This document shows positions 44,002 through 53,217 of a stretch of 53,217 bases of DNA, piece by piece. The position numbers were made by a program, and so were the translations under genes. The notes beneath the pieces were generated by a model. It had not been told where the DNA came from. It saw nothing but the letters and a program-made list of their open reading frames with translations, and did no database searches. The stretch comes from Verrucomicrobiota bacterium. GTDB taxonomy: Bacteria; Verrucomicrobiota; Verrucomicrobiia; Opitutales; Coraliomargaritaceae. Numbering within the stretch: the stretch's first letter is position 1; each line of letters opens with the position of its first letter. Location: the NCBI GenBank assembly GCA_039815375.1, contig JBCBZJ010000020.1:1-53217 (forward strand). The letters run 5' to 3'.

Positions 44002-44925
44002 TCAAGCGTGGATTAACTCAGTCACTTTGATGGCAACTTCGAGCGCCGTTTTACCTAGTTCAGCCCCGACTTTCGGCTTCCCGGTGTCTTTGACCGCATG
44101 GGCAAAAGAAGCGAGTTCCAGCTTGAGCGGTTCGTCCTTTTCAATCGGTATTTCCTCCCGAACGAGCTCGGCCCCTTTCTTCTGGAGGAAATGACCGCTT
44201 TGATTCATAAAGTCGAGCGAGAGGTAGTTTGCAGGTTGGAAGACCCGAATCTCGCGGACCTTCTTCTGGCTCACACGGCTGGTATTAATGTTCGCGACGC
44301 ACCCGTTAGAAAAAGTAATGCGGGCATTGGCAATGTCCTCACTCGGTGAAAGCACGTTCACACCCACTGCTTCAATACTCTGTATCGGTGAACGCACCAA
44401 TGCGAGGATGACACCGATATCGTGAATCATGAGGTCAAGCACAACCCCGACCTCGGTGCCTCGTGGGTTGAACGGCGCCAATCGGTCGGCAGTGATGAAC
44501 TTCGGAGCAGTGACGGCATTTTCCAAATAGCCCATAACAGGGTTGTAGTGCTCTATGTGCCCAACTTGAACAATGCAGCCCTTTTGCTGCGCGGCAGTCA
44601 AAATCTGCTCCGCTTCACCAAGGCTCGCACAAAGCGGTTTCTCGATCAAAAGATGGCAGCCACCTTCGAGCAGAGGAACCGCCACTTCGCAGTGTTTATC
44701 GGTCGGAACCACAACACTAACCGCATCACAGGCCGCCGCCAACGCCTCTGGTGTTGAAAATCGTTCGCAGGAATAGAGGCCGCAAATTTCATCGGCTCTC
44801 GCATCGTCCGCTTCAACGATACCGACCAAATCGGTCTCTTCAAGCGCCGCATAAATACGGGCATGATGCTGTCCAAGATAGCCGGTGCCGATCACACCAC
44901 AGCGAATTTTGCTTTTGTCAGGCAT
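44002..44925 (-). CDS. Gfo/Idh/MocA oxidoreductase, GnnA-like
   Basis: G.GYLGQHHARIY, EKP, QVGHIE.YNP, VVLDLMIHD; abuts lpxB. Confidence 0.85.
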   Translation of the reverse strand: MPDKSKIRCGVIGTGYLGQHHARIYAALEETDLVGIVEADDARADEICGLYSCERFSTPEALAAACDAVSVVVPTDKHCEVAVPLLEGGCHLLIEKPLCASLGEAEQILTAAQQKGCIVQVGHIEHYNPVMGYLENAVTAPKFITADRLAPFNPRGTEVGVVLDLMIHDIGVILALVRSPIQSIEAVGVNVLSPSEDIANARITFSNGCVANINTSRVSQKKVREIRVFQPANYLSLDFMNQSGHFLQKKGAELVREEIPIEKDEPLKLELASFAHAVKDTGKPKVGAELGKTALEVAIKVTELIHA

Positions 44926-44999
44926 ACCTCCAATAAGCGCGTTCACTACCAGGATGACAAGGCGGGAAAATCATAGCCTTTATTGACATCATCTTATGA

Positions 45000-45017
45000 T
45001 TTAAACATCTGTTTAAA
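45000..45017. promoter_or_regulatory. Probable TetR operator
   Basis: Perfect TTTAAACA-TC-TGTTTAAA just downstream of TTGACA (44983-44988) and 3 bp before the ATG. Confidence 0.7.
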
Positions 45018-45020
45018 ACA

Positions 45021-45677
45021 ATGGACTTATCGACCAAACTACCCCTAAAGACAGTGAATAAAACCAGCAGTCAAATTGTTCTGGCTGCGGAGAAACTCTT
45101 TGCTGAAAAGGGCTTCCGTGCCATGACCCTTCGTGATGTTACTAAAGAAGCCCGCGTTAATCTTGCTGCCGTAAACTATCATTTTGGTTCGAAGACCAAC
45201 TTGATGCGTGCCGCGATCAAGCGCCACATCGAACCGATCAATAACGAAAGAATTGAACGGCTGGATGCACTTGTCGCCGAGCACACGCCCGAGCCTGTTC
45301 CGCTTGAAGGTATCTTCGACGCACTTTTCCGCCCACTCTTTGACCACGCCACCAGTGAGGACGATCCCAACCGTATCTTCATTCAAATAATTGGCCGGGC
45401 CATGACTGAACCGGCCAGCTTCATGCGCAACATGCACAAGGAGTTTTTCGTCGAGCTCTCCCTGAGATTTATGGCCGAACTGAAACGGGCTTGCCCCGAA
45501 CTCACCGAGCAGGACCTGCAAATGCGCTTCTTTCTCTCTGTAAGCACGATGCTGGGCACAATCACCGAACAAGTGCGCCTTGAGAACATTTCCGGGGGTG
45601 AGCTGGGCAGTAAAGATCTGGATCGAATCTGCAACGAACTGACTGCCTTCGTCGTTTCCGGTTTCAAACAAACCTGA
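45021..45677 (+). CDS. TetR-family regulator (PsrA/CecR-like)
   Basis: AAEKLFAEKGF...LRDVT..A.VNLAAVNYHFGSK. Confidence 0.93.
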   Translation: MDLSTKLPLKTVNKTSSQIVLAAEKLFAEKGFRAMTLRDVTKEARVNLAAVNYHFGSKTNLMRAAIKRHIEPINNERIERLDALVAEHTPEPVPLEGIFDALFRPLFDHATSEDDPNRIFIQIIGRAMTEPASFMRNMHKEFFVELSLRFMAELKRACPELTEQDLQMRFFLSVSTMLGTITEQVRLENISGGELGSKDLDRICNELTAFVVSGFKQT

Positions 45678-45683
45678 TTCAAA

Positions 45684-47063
45684 TTGAAATATCTGATACA
45701 TAGTCTGGTTGTGCTCAGCTTCACGGGTTGCGCGACCAGGCCGGAGCCCAGCCAATTACAGAAGATCAATCTACCTGCGGCCTGGACGGCTGCGGCGACG
45801 AACGAAGGCACACCACAGGCTTGGCTCGATGGCTTTAAAGACCCCCAGCTTGAAGCACTCGTGGCCGAAGCGTTGGCAAACAACGCCGAGTTCGAGCGCG
45901 CAACTGCAGCCCTTGGTCAGAGCATTGCGGAAGCACGTATCACAGGTGCTGATATCAAGCCTTCCGCCAACCTCGGCCTCGGAGGTGCCCGTCAGAAAAT
46001 CAGCACTTTCGGCCCCAACAATACCGGAGGTGTCATCTTTGAAAACTACGACCTCAACCTGAATCTTAGCTGGGAGCTCGATCTATGGGGAAGGCTGCGT
46101 GATCTGGACGCTGCAGCCCTCGCCCGGGTCGAAGCCAGCGAAGCCGAACTCGCTGCAGCTCGACTTTCACTTGCCGCTCAGGTCACGAAGGCCTGGTTCA
46201 ATCTTATTGAGGCGAATCAACAAGTGGCTGAAGCCGAGCGAACTGCCACATCCTATCGCAAAAACCTCGAGACCCTTGAGTCTCGCTTCAAACGGGGCCT
46301 CACCGATGGGCTTGATCTACGCCGTATCCGCACTGCCGCTGCCGCCTCCCAGGCAGATCTGGCCACACGTGAGCGCGGCCTGAATGCAGCAAAGCTGAAT
46401 CTTGAAATCGTTCTGGGACGTTATCCCGACGCTTCTGTCGTCACCGAGTCCATTCTACCTGAACTCCCCGAACCCATTCCCACAGGATTGCCTGCCGAAC
46501 TCATTCAACGCCGGCCCGACCTGATTGCTGCCGAACGCCAGCTTGCTGCAGCCGATAAGGATGTGAGGGCAAAGCAAAAGGATTTGCTTCCAAATATCAG
46601 CCTAACCGCCAGCGGCGGAACCTCCACGCGCGAGTTCGAAGACTTACTCGACAATGATTTTACCGTCTGGTCGCTGGCCGGGAACCTTGCTCAACCCATT
46701 TTCCAGGGTGGCCGCATTCGCGCTAACATCGACCGCTCGGCCTCCATCGCCGACCAGGCCCGCGCTGCCTACCGAAACGCAGCACTACAGGCCTTTCTCG
46801 AAGTGGAAACCACCCTCGCCGCCGAATCGTATTTGAAAAACGAATACACACACCTGGCGATTGCAGCAGAAGAAGCGACCGCAGCGGAACAATTGGCTTG
46901 GGAGCGCTACCGCAGCGGAACGACTGATTTTCTTGAAGTCCTCGATGCGCAACGCACCGCAGCCGGCTCGCGTGGTCGTTTCATCAATGCAGGCAATCTA
47001 CTTCTCCAAAACCGTATCGACCTCTATCTTGCCCTTGGCGGGCCATTCGAAACTGAAATATGA
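45684..47063 (+). CDS. Efflux outer-membrane lipoprotein (OprM/NodT family)
   Basis: FTGC lipobox, SWELDLWG, P..L..RRPD, LYLALGG. Confidence 0.93.
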   Translation: MKYLIHSLVVLSFTGCATRPEPSQLQKINLPAAWTAAATNEGTPQAWLDGFKDPQLEALVAEALANNAEFERATAALGQSIAEARITGADIKPSANLGLGGARQKISTFGPNNTGGVIFENYDLNLNLSWELDLWGRLRDLDAAALARVEASEAELAAARLSLAAQVTKAWFNLIEANQQVAEAERTATSYRKNLETLESRFKRGLTDGLDLRRIRTAAAASQADLATRERGLNAAKLNLEIVLGRYPDASVVTESILPELPEPIPTGLPAELIQRRPDLIAAERQLAAADKDVRAKQKDLLPNISLTASGGTSTREFEDLLDNDFTVWSLAGNLAQPIFQGGRIRANIDRSASIADQARAAYRNAALQAFLEVETTLAAESYLKNEYTHLAIAAEEATAAEQLAWERYRSGTTDFLEVLDAQRTAAGSRGRFINAGNLLLQNRIDLYLALGGPFETEI

Positions 47064-48181
47064 AACAGATCTACGCTGTCTTTATCATTCTGGGTCTCGG
47101 CATCAGCCTGATCGTTTTTCTTGTTTTGACCGAGCCGGAAGGAGAAACTATCGCACCGGAACGGCCTGTTGCCAATGTCGAGACGATCACCGTTGAACGA
47201 AAAACTGTGCAACTGAAGGTCGATAGTCAGGGCACTGTCCTCCCGGAAATCGAAATCGATCTACCCGTCGAAGTCTCGGGCCGGATCATTGAGATGTCAG
47301 ACTCCTTCAAACCGGGCAAACAAGTGAAGTCCGGCGAAATCCTTTTTCGTATCGACCCGGCCGACTACGAGGCTCTTTTCGCAGCCCGCCAGGCCGAGGT
47401 GGCCCGCGCCGAACTAACCCTGGCACAGGAAGAAGCTCTCGCAAAACAGGCCGTGGCTGACTGGGAAGCCTTTGGAAACAGGCTCGAAGAAGCAAGCCCA
47501 CTCACACTTCGGCGCCCTCAGATCACTCAAGCCAAAGCCGCTCTGGCCAGCGCACGGGCCAACCTCAAACAAGCAAAGAGGGATCTGGAACAAACGGAAG
47601 TTCGGGCACCTTTCGATGGCTTCATTTTATCCAAGAACGTCGACTTCGGGCAATACATTGTCGGCACGCCAACCGGAAACGCTGGCCGCATCTTTTCCTC
47701 CGGCAGTGCCGAAGTTCGTCTTCCCCTATCCGATCAGGAATTGGCCCTAATCGGAAATCTATCGGAAGGCGAACGATCCGTTCGGCTTTTTGCCGATGGT
47801 GATCGGGAGTGGCGTGGCAAACTCATCCGCATTGAGGCTACAGTCGACCCTGCCACTCGTCTCAACTACGCCGTTGCTCAAATAGAATCTCCTTTTGGGG
47901 GCGAGCAACCAATTCGGCGCGGCCTTTTCGTTCGGGCGGAGATTCTCGGACGCTCGGTTGCCGACACAATTCAACTGCCCCGCTACGCGCTCCGCGGTTC
48001 GGATAGCGTTTACATCATGACACCCGAGGGCCAACTTAGAGTAAGGAAAGTTTCTGTGCTCCAGTCCGATGAACTTCGCATCGTTATCGACGAAGGTTTG
48101 ATCACTGGCGAGAAAGTCGTAACCAGCCCGATCGCCTTCTTCGTCGAGGGCATGCCGGTCATCGAGGTCGTCGACGAATGA
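47060..48181 (+). CDS. RND periplasmic adaptor (membrane fusion protein)
   Basis: N-terminal anchor, VSG.I, L..IDP, coiled coil, APFDG. Confidence 0.92.
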   Translation: MKQIYAVFIILGLGISLIVFLVLTEPEGETIAPERPVANVETITVERKTVQLKVDSQGTVLPEIEIDLPVEVSGRIIEMSDSFKPGKQVKSGEILFRIDPADYEALFAARQAEVARAELTLAQEEALAKQAVADWEAFGNRLEEASPLTLRRPQITQAKAALASARANLKQAKRDLEQTEVRAPFDGFILSKNVDFGQYIVGTPTGNAGRIFSSGSAEVRLPLSDQELALIGNLSEGERSVRLFADGDREWRGKLIRIEATVDPATRLNYAVAQIESPFGGEQPIRRGLFVRAEILGRSVADTIQLPRYALRGSDSVYIMTPEGQLRVRKVSVLQSDELRIVIDEGLITGEKVVTSPIAFFVEGMPVIEVVDE

Positions 48182-51100
48182 TCAGGTGGTTCACCAAGAA
48201 CGGCGTCGCCGCCAACCTCCTCGCTGGAGTCACGATTCTGGTCGGCTTGTTTGTGGCCTCCTCCATCAAGCTGGAGCTCTTTCCCGAGATTGAACTGGAT
48301 CTGGTCAGCGTCGGCGTGGCCTACCCCGGCGCGGCTCCGGAAGAAGTCGAGTCCGGCATCATCGAATTGATCGAAGACCGAATTCAGGATCTTGAAGGTG
48401 TAAAAAAAATCACGGCTATTGCCCAGGAAAGCTACGGTTCACTGACGGTCGAGGTAGAGCGCGGCTACAGTGCCAAAGAACTGCGCGACAAAATTGAAGT
48501 CCGTGTCGATGCGATCACGAATTTCCCGGAAGACTCCGAGGAACCCAGCATCGAAGAAATCATACCCTCAAGCGAGGTGATTTCGCTAGCCATTATGGGT
48601 GACAGCGACCCTGCCGAGCTCAAGCGCGTGGCAGAGTTCATACGCGATGAGCTAAGTATCCGGGAGTCGATCAACCAGATCTACATTGGCGGCCTCCCAC
48701 CCTTCGAAATTTCGATTAACGTATCGGAAGATTCGCTGGAGCGCTACGGCCTAAGCTTCGATCAGGTCGTGGCCGCAGTGAGTAATGCATCGGTCGACAT
48801 CCCCGGCGGTGCGATCAAATCCCGCGGCGGCGAAATTATGCTTCGCATTTCTGAGAGGGCCTACACCCGCGACGAGTTTGAACAGATTCCCGTCATTCGG
48901 CGCGAGGACGGTTCCATTATCACCTTGGGTGTGCTGGCCGAAGTTTCGGATGGCTTCGTCGACGAGAAGCTGGAGACCATCTTCAATGGCAAACGTGCCG
49001 TGCTGATGACTGTCTATGCCGTCGGCGATCAGAATGTCCTCGATCTGGCAAAGCGCGTCCGGAAATTCTCTACCTCGATCCATGCAAACCTCCCTGAAGG
49101 CATCACGGTGGAGCCATTCCGAGACTTTTCATTCTATCTTGAGGATCGCCTCAACATGTTGATTGAAAACGGGGTCTTCGGGCTGATTCTCGTTCTCCTG
49201 ATCCTGGCACTTTTCCTTCGGCCCTCCCTTGCATTTTTCGTGATGCTCGGAATCCCGATCTCCTTTCTCGGCTCCTTGATCCTTCTGCCGCCTCTTGGAA
49301 TCAGTATTAACCTCGCCTCACTTTTCGGTTTTATTCTTGTTCTCGGAATCGTGGTGGACGACGCCATCATCGTGGGCGAAAGCGTTTTCACCGAGTTCCA
49401 GCGCCACGGTGGTCCCGGCGTCAATGCGTCCGTAGCCGGCACGCACCGCGTGGCGATCCCGGTGACCTTCGCGATTCTGACCACGGTCGTCGCCTTCATC
49501 CCGATCCTCACCATGCCCGGCTTCCTCGGAAAGTTCTTCTTCCCTATTCCGGTCGTAGTCATCGCCACCCTCATCTGGTCGTTGATCGAATCGAAACTCA
49601 TCCTGCCTTACCATCTGACGCTCTGCAACGTCGGCGCGGTTGATCGGGAAAAAATCGGCTGGCTAAGTCGGCAACAGCGCCGCATCGCAGATGGTCTCGA
49701 GACCTTCGTCCGGCGCTACTACCAACCGACTCTCGGATTTGCCCTCAACAATCGCTATGCAACCGTCGTCATTTTCGTCGTTCTCCTCGCGATCGCCATT
49801 GCGCTCCCATCAACCAAACGCATCGGCTTCGTCTTCTTTCCTGACGTTCCGTCCGACTACATTATTGCTCGACTGACCATGCCCGAAGGCACTCCGGTAG
49901 AATTGACCGAAGCTGCAATCAGACAAATGAGAGAAGGGCTCGATGTCTTGATTGAAGAAACCGAAGCACTTGGACTCGGGCAACCTTTCGACAATGTCAT
50001 CACCACGATCGGCGACCAGCCCTTTGACGGCACGGAAGGCTTCGGCTCAGACGTGAATAGCCACCGGGCCGAGATTGCGGTCGAGCTCGTCAAACGACAG
50101 GAACTGGCTGACGGCGGAGATATCGAGCAACTTTCCTCGCCCTACCTCGCCAAACGCTGGCGCGAGCTGATCGGCCCAATCGCAGGCGTCAAGCGCCTCG
50201 CCTTTGATGCCAATGCTGCAGGTCAAGGCGGGGCACCTATCGATATCCAGTTAACCGGCCCCGATTTCTCAAAGCTGCAGGAAGCCTCTACCAAAATTCA
50301 GGCTGAGCTCGCGACCTTCGAAGGGCTCTACGACATCCGCGATAATTTCAGTACCGCAAAACGCGAGATCCAGCTCAGCCTCAAGCCTGCGGCGTTTCGC
50401 CTCGGTATCACCCAGCGCGATATTGGCAATCAAGTCCGCTCTGCCTTCAACGGCTTCGAAGTGCAGCGCATCCAGCGAGGGCGCGACGACGTCAAAGTTA
50501 TGGTGCGCTATCCCGAAGCCGAGCGCAGATCGGTCGGCAACCTTGAGACCCTACGCATTCGCATCCCCGGCGGCACCTCCGTCCCACTTGGCGAAGTGGC
50601 TGAATTCGAAATTACCGATGGCTTCTCAGCCATCACACGAGTCAACCGGCGGCGGGTGATCAACATCGTAGCCGAAGCAGACAAGGGCGTGGCCGACCTC
50701 GATTTGATCAAGGAAAAGCTCACTGGACTGACCGAGGGCGAACGCGGCGCACAGATGATGTTCGACAAAGAATTCCCTGACAAAATTGGCCTGGTTGATC
50801 AAATTCTGGGAGACTATCAAGGCATCACCTGGAGCCTGGAAGGTGAAGCGCGCGAACAGAGTGACATCTTCGTCAATCTCGTGAAGATGACCGGCATCGT
50901 CTTCTTTCTCATCTACGCACTGCTTGCCATCCCTCTAAAGTCCTACACGCAGCCAATCATCGTTATGATCGTCATCCCCTTCGGCCTGATCGGGGCGATC
51001 GGCGGTCACGTTTTCATGGACCTTCTCGTCGGACAGGATCTGAGTATTCTTTCCATTCTGGGTTTTGTTGCGCTGGCCGGTGTGGTGGTCAACGACAGCC

Positions 51101-51459
51101 TTGTGCTTGTCGACTATGTCAACCAGGAGCGTAAATCCGGCACACCACTACGCCAAGCGATTGAAAAGTCGGGCGCGGCACGCTTTCGTCCTATCATCCT
51201 GACCTCACTCACCACCTTTGCCGGACTCCTGCCTCTACTCTTCGAAACCAGCCTGCAAGCCCAGTTCCTCATCCCCATGGCCACCTCACTTAGCTTCGGG
51301 GTGCTCTTTGCCACCTTCATGACCCTGCTTCTCGTGCCCGCCTTCTACGCGATTCTGGAGGACCTGAGCGACCTCGCTCGCCGAATTCTGAAACTGGAAG
51401 CACCAGAGCCCGGGACAAAGGACGGGAATACCCCATCTACAAACAATCCAACGGGCTGA
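48178..51459 (+). CDS. RND (AcrB-family) efflux permease
   Basis: YPGA.PEEVE, GIVVDDAI, GVVVND, RFRPI.LT.LTT. Confidence 0.95.
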   Translation: MIRWFTKNGVAANLLAGVTILVGLFVASSIKLELFPEIELDLVSVGVAYPGAAPEEVESGIIELIEDRIQDLEGVKKITAIAQESYGSLTVEVERGYSAKELRDKIEVRVDAITNFPEDSEEPSIEEIIPSSEVISLAIMGDSDPAELKRVAEFIRDELSIRESINQIYIGGLPPFEISINVSEDSLERYGLSFDQVVAAVSNASVDIPGGAIKSRGGEIMLRISERAYTRDEFEQIPVIRREDGSIITLGVLAEVSDGFVDEKLETIFNGKRAVLMTVYAVGDQNVLDLAKRVRKFSTSIHANLPEGITVEPFRDFSFYLEDRLNMLIENGVFGLILVLLILALFLRPSLAFFVMLGIPISFLGSLILLPPLGISINLASLFGFILVLGIVVDDAIIVGESVFTEFQRHGGPGVNASVAGTHRVAIPVTFAILTTVVAFIPILTMPGFLGKFFFPIPVVVIATLIWSLIESKLILPYHLTLCNVGAVDREKIGWLSRQQRRIADGLETFVRRYYQPTLGFALNNRYATVVIFVVLLAIAIALPSTKRIGFVFFPDVPSDYIIARLTMPEGTPVELTEAAIRQMREGLDVLIEETEALGLGQPFDNVITTIGDQPFDGTEGFGSDVNSHRAEIAVELVKRQELADGGDIEQLSSPYLAKRWRELIGPIAGVKRLAFDANAAGQGGAPIDIQLTGPDFSKLQEASTKIQAELATFEGLYDIRDNFSTAKREIQLSLKPAAFRLGITQRDIGNQVRSAFNGFEVQRIQRGRDDVKVMVRYPEAERRSVGNLETLRIRIPGGTSVPLGEVAEFEITDGFSAITRVNRRRVINIVAEADKGVADLDLIKEKLTGLTEGERGAQMMFDKEFPDKIGLVDQILGDYQGITWSLEGEAREQSDIFVNLVKMTGIVFFLIYALLAIPLKSYTQPIIVMIVIPFGLIGAIGGHVFMDLLVGQDLSILSILGFVALAGVVVNDSLVLVDYVNQERKSGTPLRQAIEKSGAARFRPIILTSLTTFAGLLPLLFETSLQAQFLIPMATSLSFGVLFATFMTLLLVPAFYAILEDLSDLARRILKLEAPEPGTKDGNTPSTNNPTG

Positions 51460-52825
51460 GGGTGAGATCTTTCTCGTCCTCCATCACGTGGAGGTAGATC
51501 ATCGTAGTTTCGATACAGGTATGCCCGAGGAATTCCTGCACGGTGCGGATGTTTGTTCCGTTTTCCAGAAGGTGAGTCGCGTAACTATGACGCAGGATGT
51601 GCGAATTCGACCGCTTGGGAATTTCTGCGACGGCTGCCGCTCTGGATATTTCCTTCTGATACGCTCGTGGCAGGATATGGTGTCTTCGCTTTGCCGCGTC
51701 GGCCACTCCCCGCGGGTCTCTGGACAAACGGTCCAGAGGAAAGACCCAAAACCACTCCCAGCGCATGCCAGCCTTCGGCATCTTTTTTTCAAGCGCACCC
51801 GGCATGTAGACACCCGGCGCTTTCGCAGCGCGATCGGCCTCATGCAGAGGCCTTATTTTGGCCAAATGATCCACCAACGGTTCACGCAACGACCTCGGCA
51901 ACGGCACACAGCGATCCTTGTCACCCTTCGAGGCACGAATATAGAGCTTTCCACGCTCCAGATCGACATCCTTGACTCGTAGGCGGCACACCTCCGAGAC
52001 CCGCAAACCGCAGCCATACTGCAGCCGAGCCATCAATGACCACTTACCCCGCACCTGTGCCAAAAGCCGGCGAATCTCGCCCTTCGAATAAACAACCGGA
52101 TAATATTTCCTAGGGTTTGCCTTCACATAGTCACTAAAGTCCCCAAGCGTCATCTTACGCACCTCACGCAGGAAGAACACCCCGGCGTTCAAAGCCTGCT
52201 TTTGAGTAGCGGGAGAAATCCCCTCCTCCACTGCCAGATAACTCAGGAATCGCTTCAGGTCCTCTTCGCCAAAATCTTCCAGTCCATTCTTGCTACCCTG
52301 AAAACGCTCCATCCGCCGAATCCACCCAAGATAGGTCTCCTCTGTCCGCAGCGCCATATGCCGAACCCGCATCAGTCGCACCGTTTCTTCATACCACGGA
52401 TCAATTGGTGCCTTCTCCTGTATCTCCGATACTGTGTGAGCATAACGCTGACGCCCGTCTGAAAATTTAGTGGCGTCCACCGAATCCCCCGACGACCACG
52501 CAAGCTGCGCCTTCGTTTGCTCAGTCGACTGTTCAGCCATCGCTTGGCTTGGGGCGCGTTCCCGCGTATTCACCCGCCTCGGTGCCTCACGAAAGAACCA
52601 GTTCAGCCCACGAGTCCACTGCTTCACCTGCCATTCTTCCGGCCGCCGCTTTTCCACCAGATTCTCGACGAAATCGCGGGCCGAAGTTGTCGTCGCCGGG
52701 CAACACTCCCGTTTCAGATGCCCAAGAAACCAATTGATAATGACGCGATGCCTTTCACGCTCCTCAAGGGACAAATCTGCATCGGCAAGCCTATTAGACC
52801 AGTTTGGAAACGAGACTGTTAACAT
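51437..52825 (-). CDS. intI: Integron integrase with long N-terminal extension
   Basis: Tyrosine recombinase motifs (GLR..E, K..KDR, HILRHSYATHLL, LGH...TTMIY) plus the IntI-specific insert GVYMP.AL.KK...W.WFWVFP...S.DPR....RRHH. Confidence 0.93.
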   Translation of the reverse strand: MLTVSFPNWSNRLADADLSLEERERHRVIINWFLGHLKRECCPATTTSARDFVENLVEKRRPEEWQVKQWTRGLNWFFREAPRRVNTRERAPSQAMAEQSTEQTKAQLAWSSGDSVDATKFSDGRQRYAHTVSEIQEKAPIDPWYEETVRLMRVRHMALRTEETYLGWIRRMERFQGSKNGLEDFGEEDLKRFLSYLAVEEGISPATQKQALNAGVFFLREVRKMTLGDFSDYVKANPRKYYPVVYSKGEIRRLLAQVRGKWSLMARLQYGCGLRVSEVCRLRVKDVDLERGKLYIRASKGDKDRCVPLPRSLREPLVDHLAKIRPLHEADRAAKAPGVYMPGALEKKMPKAGMRWEWFWVFPLDRLSRDPRGVADAAKRRHHILPRAYQKEISRAAAVAEIPKRSNSHILRHSYATHLLENGTNIRTVQEFLGHTCIETTMIYLHVMEDEKDLTLSPLDCL

Positions 52826-53060
52826 AAATAATAATAGTGTTTATATGTTCACTATAAATCAAGGGTAAAATGACTCCCTCGGAGAATTGAGCTATCTCCC
52901 TCTCTCGCGCGCGTGTTCGGAGACAAATTGACACACTGCACCGGTGAAACTTCACCTCAGCGGAATCCTGAATTCACCTATACCATTCTCACACAACAGT
53001 TTTCAGGCTACCATCATTAAGCTTGAGACTGTCTGACAACTCGATATCGATTGAGAAAAA

Positions 53061-53083
53061 TACACTAATAAACACTGTTCTCC
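53061..53083 (+). mobile_element. Candidate attI site
   Basis: TACACTAATAAACACT-GTTCTCC; G/TT crossover at 53077, ~250 bp upstream of and divergent from intI, followed by an ATG 10 bp on. Confidence 0.6.
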
Positions 53084-53086
53084 AAA

Positions 53087-53217
53087 ATGAAACTCATCTA
53101 TATTTTGCTTATGATCTGTTCAGTCGGCTTTGCCGCTGATGGTATTGCACCCAAAGTTGAATCCATAGATCCCGATGAGCTTCTGCCTGCTCTGCATTCA
53201 AAAGAAAATTTCCGGAT
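53087..53217 (+). CDS. Putative first gene-cassette ORF, secreted protein (truncated by window end)
   Basis: MKLIYILLMICSVGFA/ADGIAPKVESIDPDELL..., open to the window end, with a signal peptide. Confidence 0.6.
   Translation, partial: MKLIYILLMICSVGFAADGIAPKVESIDPDELLPALHSKENFR

Noticed and set aside
52928..52956. Cassette promoter Pc at TTGACA
   Set aside because: No acceptable -10 hexamer at 16-18 bp spacing

Overview
53-kb bacterial chromosomal window. Gene content and style suggest a Verrucomicrobia (Opitutae-like) organism; this is inference, not verified. It is mostly housekeeping genes: mscS, divergent cysI/cysJ, alkaline phosphatase, ppk1, carboxyltransferase, msbA-like, mazG, pckG, parC, ispF, ndk, pgpA, pgsA, coaD, hemY-type, lpxB and a TetR-RND efflux operon, plus tRNA-Arg(ACG), tRNA-Thr(CGT) and tRNA-Ser(CGA). 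Three non-routine signals stand out. (1) A nested family of non-coding repeats: a 49-55 bp element with GTTCCG...CGGAAC termini (5 copies) that sits at GA dinucleotides inside duplicated tRNA fragments and inside a ~200-bp dispersed element (3 copies, with a variable spacer fixed at 27 bp). (2) An integron at the right end: an IntI with a ~140-aa N-terminal extension, a candidate attI site and the start of a first cassette. (3) A TonB-dependent receptor followed by a YigM/BioP-like transporter, behind a palindrome with BirA-operator geometry (candidate outer-membrane biotin uptake system). All calls are by eye; no database searches were run.
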